Source: Candidatus Poribacteria bacterium (lineage in GTDB: Bacteria; Poribacteria; WGA-4E; UBA9662). From it: a DNA stretch of 64,000 nucleotides. The notes under the pieces are model-generated. The model saw only the letters and a list, made by a program, of their open reading frames with translations. It had not been told where the DNA came from and ran no database searches. Of the stretch, positions 54,017-61,769 are shown piece after piece. The stretch lies in the NCBI GenBank assembly GCA_036339735.1, contig JAYZAL010000041.1, forward strand, positions 1-64,000. Direction: 5' to 3'. Within the stretch, counting starts at the first letter, position 1, and the number at the start of each line of letters is the position of its first letter. The translations under genes were made by a program, and so were the position numbers.

Positions 54017-54826
54017 CTAGAATCGCTTAATATTACTCCAAAGCGTAGCTAGCTTATCCTCGAGAGTGACCGAAAACGGGCCCAGTTCAGCAGGTTGCCA
54101 GTACGATGGTGATTGCCAATAGCCACCCGCACCCTCTGCAGGTACTCGGACTTCGCCGGAACGAACACCTCCCTTATCAGTATCTCCACCAATAAAATAG
54201 ACACCCAAGTTGGCCTTCTCTAAATCTTTCAATTTTTTTTCGAACAAATCAAAAGGGATTGCGGCTTCAACATACCATCCACCATTAATAGGTCCACTTT
54301 TTCTTTTTTTTGTAACCTTATCACCATCTAGGTCGCCATGGCCAGGGCCATTATATCCGCACTCTTTAAGCATTGGTAGCCACTTCCCTTTCGAATTTTG
54401 TGGGGTGAAAATAAAGGCCCAATCTCCTTTTCCATCTAATTGTTGTCGTTTTTTATAGTCTCCTTCTACGTTGATATAAAAACGGATGTAATCAGAATCT
54501 TTGAAATCTCGAGACACAACATCCTTACAGGAGACATCATTATCTTTAGCTGTACAAGCAAAATACAGATAATCCTGATCGTAAGATAAATAAGTTGAGA
54601 AGTAATCGTCCTTGATTGTACCTGCAATACAAACTAATGAGAGGTCAAATTTCGCCGCTTTTTCTTCCAAGCCTGCGTCAAGTTTACCGTCGATTGTCAT
54701 TTTACCGTAGGGAATAATAGTGGAAGCTGCATCAGCTGAAACCGTTACCACCGTCAGAACTACAAAGATACTAAAAGATAAGGTACGCCAAAAGTCATAG
54801 CGAAGTTGGTTCATATACGTCTCCAT
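54017..54826 (-). CDS. Secreted CBM9/DOMON-like sugar-binding protein with a conserved C-terminal tail
   Basis: Signal peptide; TIDGKLD, YLSYDQDYLYF, DSDYIRFY, GWYVEAAIPF; ends SVTLEDKLATLWSNIKRF. Confidence 0.75.
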   Translation of the reverse strand: METYMNQLRYDFWRTLSFSIFVVLTVVTVSADAASTIIPYGKMTIDGKLDAGLEEKAAKFDLSLVCIAGTIKDDYFSTYLSYDQDYLYFACTAKDNDVSCKDVVSRDFKDSDYIRFYINVEGDYKKRQQLDGKGDWAFIFTPQNSKGKWLPMLKECGYNGPGHGDLDGDKVTKKRKSGPINGGWYVEAAIPFDLFEKKLKDLEKANLGVYFIGGDTDKGGVRSGEVRVPAEGAGGYWQSPSYWQPAELGPFSVTLEDKLATLWSNIKRF

Positions 54827-54927
54827 TTAATTAACTTGATTATTATTATAATAGAATTTAGTAAAACTCTTCTCCTAACTGCTGATATCGTATCATCAGA
54901 CTCTGCTGTGGCAAAGGACAGACATTT

Positions 54928-56067
54928 TTACCCTTCAGATTTCATACCAATTACAACTTCCTCAATCACACGGATCAAGTGTCTTATATCATCTATGGAC
55001 AAATCCCCAATGGTACCAATTCGAAAGGTATCCTCTTCGGAAACCTTTCCGGGATATATAACGAATTGTCTTTCTTTCAACTTTTGGTAGAAAATTGAAA
55101 AATTAAACCATTTTTCTTTCGGGTAACGAAAGGCTGTAATTATAGGAGAATGTAGGTGTTTATCTAGCAATGGGTAAAGACCAATCGAGGACATACCATC
55201 AACTAGGATCCTCTGGCAAGCTGAGTATCGCTTGTTTCGAGTCCCAATACCACCCTCATTTTCCAATTCCTCCAATGCTTGATGGAATGCAAGCAATGTA
55301 TGTGTAGGTGATGTGTAACGCCACTTACCTCCTTTAGTCTCCATAGTTTCCCATTGATCATAAAGGTCTAAGCTTAGGGAACGGGCGTACCCTCGAGTTT
55401 TCTCAAACTTTTTTTGGTGACATATAACAAATGCAAACCCCGGTACTCCCTGAATACACTTATTCGCGGAAGATATTAGATAGTCAATACCAATCTCATC
55501 TATAACAAGTGGAATACCACCAAAGCTAGACATCGCATCCAAAATTAAGATCCGGTTATGTTTTTTAACAATTTTACTGAGTTCTCTAATTGGATTGAGG
55601 ATACCAGTTGTAGTTTCGCAATGTACCATTGCAACATGAGTAACCAACGGGTCTGTTTCTAGTATTTGGTTGAGTCTTTGAAAATCGGGGCAAGTCGTTT
55701 CGCTACACCTCATCTCAGAAAAATCAATCTTTAGTCTATCAGCAATTAGGCCAATCCGCCTTCCATATGCACCGTTACTAATAATTAGCAGTTTTCCATC
55801 TGGAGGAACTACAGACCCAATCGTAGATTCTACAGCGAAAGTCCCACTTCCCTGCATGAGTACGCTCGTATATGACTTAGAACGAGTTACCAATTGCACA
55901 ATACGTGAACGAACCTGTTGCACAATATTATTGTAATCATCATCCCAAGTTGAAAGATCGACTAACATCGATTCTTTTACTGTGCGAGTGGTAGTTAGTG
56001 GCCCTGGTGTCAAAAGTAGATATGGCCGATCTTCTATGATGTTTTTTTTGCTATTCAAATGATTCAC
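54928..56067 (-). CDS. phnW: 2-aminoethylphosphonate--pyruvate transaminase
   Basis: LLLTPGPLTT, MQGSGTFAVES, VHCETTTGILNP, DAMSSFGG, SSANKCIQGVPG, WRYTSPTH, FVIYPGK. Confidence 0.95.
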   Translation of the reverse strand: MNHLNSKKNIIEDRPYLLLTPGPLTTTRTVKESMLVDLSTWDDDYNNIVQQVRSRIVQLVTRSKSYTSVLMQGSGTFAVESTIGSVVPPDGKLLIISNGAYGRRIGLIADRLKIDFSEMRCSETTCPDFQRLNQILETDPLVTHVAMVHCETTTGILNPIRELSKIVKKHNRILILDAMSSFGGIPLVIDEIGIDYLISSANKCIQGVPGFAFVICHQKKFEKTRGYARSLSLDLYDQWETMETKGGKWRYTSPTHTLLAFHQALEELENEGGIGTRNKRYSACQRILVDGMSSIGLYPLLDKHLHSPIITAFRYPKEKWFNFSIFYQKLKERQFVIYPGKVSEEDTFRIGTIGDLSIDDIRHLIRVIEEVVIGMKSEG

Positions 56068-56092
56068 AGCAACTACAACTTTTATTTTGGCT

Positions 56093-56755
56093 TTAATCCC
56101 GAAGTTCTTTCCATGATACTGGGGCTACTTGACTGGCTAAATTATCAATCTGATCGGCTACTATTTGGGTTTCATACTGAGCATCAGGTTTACAACGTAG
56201 ATTGCAAACTCGGGCAAAAGCAAACAGGGTTCCAGACCAATACCATTCGGTCATCATTGACTGTGGTAAAACCAACCTTGCTTGTTCTGGGCTCACTTTA
56301 GAATCAATTAGTTGATTGTAGTGAAGAATCGCCTGGTGACAAGCAGATTCATAAGCATCTGTCGATGGATTAACTATCACATCGCCACTGCTGCCTTGTT
56401 TCTTATCAGTTGCTCTTCCTCTCCATGATTCTGGCACATAAAAAGTCGGCGGAAAATCTACGTATCGGCGGCTAATTTCATTCCAAACCAGTCCAACTTG
56501 ATGTTTAACTAGTTGGCGCGCGACAAAGATCGGTGCTTGAATGTGAAACTGTAATGAAACATGACCAAATGGGGTCCAGTGTCCATGTGAAGCTAAATAC
56601 TTAATCAACCGTTTATCTTTACTGTCAAATTTGGTCTTTTTTTTGCCAAAAGAGACTCGAGCTGCGTTTACTACTGTCAAATCGTCACCCATTGAATCTA
56701 TTAAAGAAACAGGCATTTCTGTAGTCGCATATTGGGATGAGGTTATATCGGCCAT
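56093..56755 (-). CDS. thyX: Flavin-dependent thymidylate synthase
   Basis: MGDDLTVVNAARVSF, HWTPFGH, APIFVARQLVKHQ, WNEISRRY, PEQARLVLP, AQYET. Confidence 0.95.
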   Translation of the reverse strand: MADITSSQYATTEMPVSLIDSMGDDLTVVNAARVSFGKKKTKFDSKDKRLIKYLASHGHWTPFGHVSLQFHIQAPIFVARQLVKHQVGLVWNEISRRYVDFPPTFYVPESWRGRATDKKQGSSGDVIVNPSTDAYESACHQAILHYNQLIDSKVSPEQARLVLPQSMMTEWYWSGTLFAFARVCNLRCKPDAQYETQIVADQIDNLASQVAPVSWKELRD

Positions 56756-56775
56756 AATTCACCTAAAATCGGCCT

Positions 56776-56784
56776 ATCATACCA
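56776..56784 (-). promoter_or_regulatory. Putative extended -10 promoter for thyX-phnW
   Basis: Minus strand TGGTATGAT about 20 nt upstream of the thyX ATG. Confidence 0.45.
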
Positions 56785-56819
56785 TAAGTAGTTATGAATC
56801 TGTTATATATGCTTTAGTA

Positions 56820-56848
56820 TTGACGAAACACACCAAATCTCCTAGAAT
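56820..56848 (+). promoter_or_regulatory. Putative sigma70 promoter for the enolase-superfamily gene
   Basis: TTGACG, 17-nt spacer, TAGAAT. Confidence 0.6.
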
Positions 56849-56876
56849 CACCATGCGAATAAACCAGTAATCTAGA

Positions 56877-58028
56877 ATGAAAATTACCAAAGTCGAAATT
56901 TTAACGAATAGCAACCCAATTGAATTACCTATTCCATGGCGACCAGCTTGGTCCGAACCGAGTGGTCCACATACAAACAGTTTCAATCTGTCGTTGTACA
57001 AAGTTTACACTGATCAAGGGATTATTGGGTACGGCCCCAACATAGGTGGAAGCCCAGAACTAATAAAAAATCAAGATCCACTGCAAATCCGCCAGTTTTG
57101 GTCTCATCATATGGGAGGTAAACGCGCAGGCAACTCAGGTAAACGTGCTGCAGGATTGGAAATTGCCTTGTGGGATATAATTGGGAAAATGGCAAAATTA
57201 CCCGTATCACACCTTTTAGGTGCGAAGCTTCAAAAAATCCCAGTTTATGCTGCGACTAGCCGATTATTGGATACCAAACAACAGGTCGAACAAGTAAAAT
57301 CGTTGATTGATTTGGGTTTTAAGGCCATCAAATTACGACTTCATCGTTCTAACCCATTGGATGATTTAGCCATGATTAGTGCTGTCCGAAATGCGGTAGG
57401 AGATCAGGTGAAAATATTAGTAGATGCCAATCAAAACAATGCATCTTCATCCATTGGAGACGAGTATGAATTTTGGTCTAGGCGAACAGCAATGCAAATG
57501 GCGACCGAACTAGACCAACTTGACGTGTTCTTTTTGGAAGAACCACTCCCTCGCAAGGACATTGAAGGATTAAGTAGAATTTCCAATATGGTGGAAATGA
57601 TGGTTGCCGGTGGTGAACACACTCCAACAGTGGGCGATTTTTCTCCGCATCTGTTAGCCGGTGCGTACGATATAGTGCAACCCGATATCACATTGACCGG
57701 TAACTTTGGTATAATCGGCTTAAAGGAGATAGCATCAACGGCTGATCACTATGGGCGACTAATAATTCCACATGTAACTGGTGGCGCCGCTTTTTTTATT
57801 ATGTTCGCTGCAACCTTACAAGTAATGGCAACAGTAGATAATTGTCCGATGATCGAATTCCCCTTTGACCCGCCAATTTTGACACCAGAAACTCTGCAAT
57901 CTGTTCTTGATGAGCCATTTTGGATTGATGAAAATGGATCCATTACTGTGCCCCGCCAGCCCGGATTAGGAATTGAGATTAATGAGGACAGTCTGGAAAC
58001 TACCCTTGCATGGGAATTGAAATCATAG
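56877..58028 (+). CDS. Mandelate racemase/muconate lactonizing enzyme family protein (probable acid-sugar dehydratase)
   Basis: GLEIALWDIIGK, GFKAIKLR, ILVDAN, FLEEP, AGGE, DIVQPD, IIPH. Confidence 0.92.
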   Translation: MKITKVEILTNSNPIELPIPWRPAWSEPSGPHTNSFNLSLYKVYTDQGIIGYGPNIGGSPELIKNQDPLQIRQFWSHHMGGKRAGNSGKRAAGLEIALWDIIGKMAKLPVSHLLGAKLQKIPVYAATSRLLDTKQQVEQVKSLIDLGFKAIKLRLHRSNPLDDLAMISAVRNAVGDQVKILVDANQNNASSSIGDEYEFWSRRTAMQMATELDQLDVFFLEEPLPRKDIEGLSRISNMVEMMVAGGEHTPTVGDFSPHLLAGAYDIVQPDITLTGNFGIIGLKEIASTADHYGRLIIPHVTGGAAFFIMFAATLQVMATVDNCPMIEFPFDPPILTPETLQSVLDEPFWIDENGSITVPRQPGLGIEINEDSLETTLAWELKS

Positions 58029-58202
58029 CCACCTTTAATCAAAAACATACTTTTTCAATTAATATTCCGCCACTGATCCGTTGTTTGCATATAGGAAGCA
58101 TGGTATAGCTTGGGTTGCGGGGGATTTAGCCCACTTGCCACTTGTGTGTTGATAGATAATCAATTATTCCAATCAGGTATAAAAAACTTTTAGGAAACCC
58201 AA

Positions 58203-59156
58203 ATGATAGTTGATAATTTTATGACTCTGGAACAGAGATACGAACTTGTCAAAGAAGGGGTCGTTATCCTCCCAAAAATTGTCTCTCAGGATTTATGCTG
58301 GACTGCAATTGAAGCCATCAAGAGAAAAGAAGGTGGAGCATCCAATGCAGTGCAAGCCCTATACCATAATTCGCCCCTACGATCACTATTACAGGAACTA
58401 CTTGGTGGTCAGATTTTGCCCGTCACCAGCGCACAAATTGCTGTCCGGATGCCTACACCGACTAGTCAGATTGACATCTATATGGGGCGTCCTACCCCAT
58501 CACCATTTGACTGGAATGGACATGTTGATGGTATTGCTATACACCCAGGACCACACCCAAACGACCCAGACTATGAGGCTCCAATTATGAGTTTTTCAGC
58601 TTTGGTTGGTGTCGCACTGAGTGAACAAACAAAACCAGACTGTGGTAACTTTGCTGTACTCCGCGGGTCTCATCTTACTAATGCTGCTTTTTTTAGTCAT
58701 CAAGCATCTAAAGGTGGTCCATTAGGCCCAGGAGGACCAGATTGGCCAATAGAGCCTTGGCATCGACAACCTGGTAGCAATGCTTCTCGTGGTCAGTGGC
58801 CTGATGTCAGACCACGCATGATCCCTCCTCCAACCCGATCCATGGGTGATTCCCCACGATACGTGGGGGAACCTGAAAATGGAAGTTGGTGGCCATCGGC
58901 TACACAGCAGTTAATGTCTAAGGGGGATGCCGTAATAGCTCACTACCTAACATGCCATGGCGAAAGCCGTCATGTAGGCAAAAAACCTCGAAACATGGTT
59001 TTTTTTCGTATTAAACATCATCTCCACACAGAATATAGGCCAAGAGACCATAAAACCGCCGAAATGCATTACATGGCAAAAGTTTTGAGTGATCCTTGGT
59101 TAGAATGGAATGGGCTTGAAATGGATGAAAATTTCAGTAGTTCGATGGGTAAGTAA
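58203..59156 (+). CDS. Phytanoyl-CoA dioxygenase (PhyH)-like Fe(II)/2-oxoglutarate oxygenase
   Basis: EGVVILP, HxD motif GHVDG, GVALSE, GNFAVLRGSH, GDAVIAH, distal His in CHGES, RNMVFFR. Confidence 0.8.
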   Translation: MIVDNFMTLEQRYELVKEGVVILPKIVSQDLCWTAIEAIKRKEGGASNAVQALYHNSPLRSLLQELLGGQILPVTSAQIAVRMPTPTSQIDIYMGRPTPSPFDWNGHVDGIAIHPGPHPNDPDYEAPIMSFSALVGVALSEQTKPDCGNFAVLRGSHLTNAAFFSHQASKGGPLGPGGPDWPIEPWHRQPGSNASRGQWPDVRPRMIPPPTRSMGDSPRYVGEPENGSWWPSATQQLMSKGDAVIAHYLTCHGESRHVGKKPRNMVFFRIKHHLHTEYRPRDHKTAEMHYMAKVLSDPWLEWNGLEMDENFSSSMGK

Positions 59157-59179
59157 ACTCAATCAGAGGATAGACGATT

Positions 59180-60517
59180 ATGACCAATCCTGACGGTAAT
59201 TCCCGATTAAACAATGACGAATCCGGTGCTTATTACGATTGGACCAAAACAATGAAACCTGAGTCACCATGGACTCATGATTATAACCAAACAGTAGTTA
59301 TGAAACTACTACTCTGTACCCGGGACGGCGAGGGAAATGTAGACAAGGTCTATTTAACTTTTTCCGATGTAATAAGCGTTATCAGGCGAATTAATCATAT
59401 TACTCTAGGTGTCCCCAAAATTATTTATCTGGTAGGATGGCAGTACAATGGTCATGATTCCAAGTATCCCGCTTGGGATCAAGTAAATACAAGCCTAAAA
59501 CGGTCTGAAGACTCAACATCGCTGGCCAGTTTGAAGTGGTTAATTAGGAAAGCAAAGGAATACAATACCACGATTAGCCTACATATCAATATGATTGATG
59601 CTTTTATGGAAAGCCCGTTGTGGGATGAATATTTGGCCTATGATATCATTGCCAAAGACTCTTCCGGTGATCCTATAAAAGGTGAAAATTTTAATGGGAT
59701 GCAATCTTACCAGATCAGCTACGCCCGAGAATGGGAATTGGGGTTCGCCCAAAATAGGATTGATCGACTAGTTAATATGATTCCCGAGTTGAAGGAATCT
59801 GGTACCATCCACATTGATGCCTTTCACTCCATGCGGCCATCAGGACCAGATGAGCCAATCAGTCCATACCTTGGCTTTAGTATTGATGATGAAATAGTAG
59901 CACAACGCAAGATCATTCGTTATTGGAGAAGATATGGTATCGATGTAACCGGCGAAGGTGCTATGTACTGGCTTCGAAAAGATCCATTTCTAGGGCTACA
60001 AGCAATGACGTGGCATTATGACGAAATGACATATGCTTATGAAAATTGGATTGGAAAACCCGACAATTTCACCTCATTACCGGCTTTACTGAGTGCATAC
60101 ACACCGATGCATGCAGAACCAGAAATTATGCAAGACCCAAAAAATCTTCCGGGATTAATTGAGCAATTCTGTTTGAACGTGGTTCCTTGGTATTACCGTC
60201 GTAATACCGATGTGTCGAAAACAGGAACGGTGATCATGGATAGTGATGAAGTAGTATGTCCAATCCTTTGGAAAGAACAAGCTCTCATCGCTTATAGCCA
60301 GCAGGGATTTGATAATCGCAAGATAAAACTGCCATCACGTTGGACGAACATTACTAAAGTAAAAGCGGAGACACTAACGATCGAGGGACTAAAGAATAGC
60401 CAGATTTTTCCGGTAGAAGAAGAAACAAACTGGCGAAATACGTCAAACAACTCGATTTCACTGTCATTACGACCAAGCCAAGCCGTTGTGATCCAACCAA
60501 TCCCGCTTCAAAGCTGA
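59180..60517 (+). CDS. Endo-alpha-N-acetylgalactosaminidase (GH101)-like glycoside hydrolase
   Basis: IYLVGWQYNGHDSKYP, LIRKAKEYNTTISLHINMIDA, IHIDAF, GIDVTGEG; RBS GAGGA. Confidence 0.65.
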   Translation: MTNPDGNSRLNNDESGAYYDWTKTMKPESPWTHDYNQTVVMKLLLCTRDGEGNVDKVYLTFSDVISVIRRINHITLGVPKIIYLVGWQYNGHDSKYPAWDQVNTSLKRSEDSTSLASLKWLIRKAKEYNTTISLHINMIDAFMESPLWDEYLAYDIIAKDSSGDPIKGENFNGMQSYQISYAREWELGFAQNRIDRLVNMIPELKESGTIHIDAFHSMRPSGPDEPISPYLGFSIDDEIVAQRKIIRYWRRYGIDVTGEGAMYWLRKDPFLGLQAMTWHYDEMTYAYENWIGKPDNFTSLPALLSAYTPMHAEPEIMQDPKNLPGLIEQFCLNVVPWYYRRNTDVSKTGTVIMDSDEVVCPILWKEQALIAYSQQGFDNRKIKLPSRWTNITKVKAETLTIEGLKNSQIFPVEEETNWRNTSNNSISLSLRPSQAVVIQPIPLQS

Positions 60518-60723
60518 GAGGTATTTTAGCTTACGACACAATATAGAAACTCATGCCCCAATCATATTCAAACGGGGAATTCGACCATTCCTAAGCAATT
60601 GAAGGGCATTCTTCTATAACTTGTCATTAGGTGGAGCTCCAATTACCCACTAAACGATGAATAATTGATGACAAATAGAAAGATATTATTCGCTGTTGTG
60701 AATTCCCAATACGTTTAGTTCTT

Positions 60724-61737
60724 TCACCGCTTAATCTCGCTCCAAGTAACCGGTAATTTGTCAACAGGTTCAATTGCTAATCCCCTCAAAGCTCGATTGA
60801 CTTCTACAAAAAAACCATTTTTCGTTTTGGCGTTATTGGGATAATACTTTACCTTACGATTAGTAATATCATCAAAGTGTAAGTTGAAGTAATCAGAACC
60901 ACCACTTTCTCCACAACGATAAAGCAGCACATTACCACCACGGTTGAGTTCGACTTCAACATCGTAGCTTACTTTGAGTGCACCACCCGTCCACTTCGAG
61001 TTGTTATACCACTTTTCACCATTAATCCAGACTTGTGCCCAATCGTCATGTGCCGTAGACATAACAGCCTTCAACTTACTTGGTGCTTGTATAACTAAGA
61101 TGGCGTAGGTATCAAAATTTGACTGGTCGCCACCACCGTAATTTTCTCCCATATTGTTACCATTGTTTGGCGTAATCTCTATGATTTTCCAATCACAGGT
61201 CCCACCATTTTTTTTCCCCCAATTTAGCTTAGTATTCTGCGTTTTGAGCAAGCCTGCGGCCGTAGCTAACTTGGGCTGTGTCAATCTTTTATTGGTTCCC
61301 TTCTCGATTAAGTCTATCCGACCTGATTGCTGAAACCCTCCGTTATTGGTATAAATACCGGCAGGAGCATACCATTTTGTGATCCAAGGAGCACCAGGTC
61401 GATCTTGTTCTAGAGCTGCTGCCGCAGGATCATTCAGTAATTGTGCCCCTTTCAGAGGCCCCCCAGTAAGACGTTTACCTTTAGCAACTTGTCCTTGGTT
61501 ATTACCTGGCTTATTGACATTATTACCCGGATTATTATCATTTAGTGGGTTGCAGACGCATTCGAGAACGATTCCGTTTTCGTTCTTCTCTTTTTCTTTG
61601 CAGACACAATCTAAATCTTGAGCGTGGGTGGAAAAATGAACTAGAAAGCTAAAACCGATGACACAAACTAACACCCAAATTGGGGCCCGGATTATTTTAA
61701 ATCGAAACATATCAAAAACCTCACAGTTGTTAAACAC
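60724..61737 (-). CDS. Secreted protein with a Cys/Asn-rich N-terminus, a jelly-roll (PA14/galactose-binding-like) domain and a conserved C-terminal tail
   Basis: Signal peptide ending STHA; DDWAQVWINGE...VELNRGGNVLL; ends AIEPVDKLPVTWSEIKR. True start is probably the later ATG (MFRFK). Confidence 0.7.
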   Translation of the reverse strand: MFNNCEVFDMFRFKIIRAPIWVLVCVIGFSFLVHFSTHAQDLDCVCKEKEKNENGIVLECVCNPLNDNNPGNNVNKPGNNQGQVAKGKRLTGGPLKGAQLLNDPAAAALEQDRPGAPWITKWYAPAGIYTNNGGFQQSGRIDLIEKGTNKRLTQPKLATAAGLLKTQNTKLNWGKKNGGTCDWKIIEITPNNGNNMGENYGGGDQSNFDTYAILVIQAPSKLKAVMSTAHDDWAQVWINGEKWYNNSKWTGGALKVSYDVEVELNRGGNVLLYRCGESGGSDYFNLHFDDITNRKVKYYPNNAKTKNGFFVEVNRALRGLAIEPVDKLPVTWSEIKR

Positions 61738-61769
61738 ACTTACGCTTAAAGAAAAATATAAAAAATATT

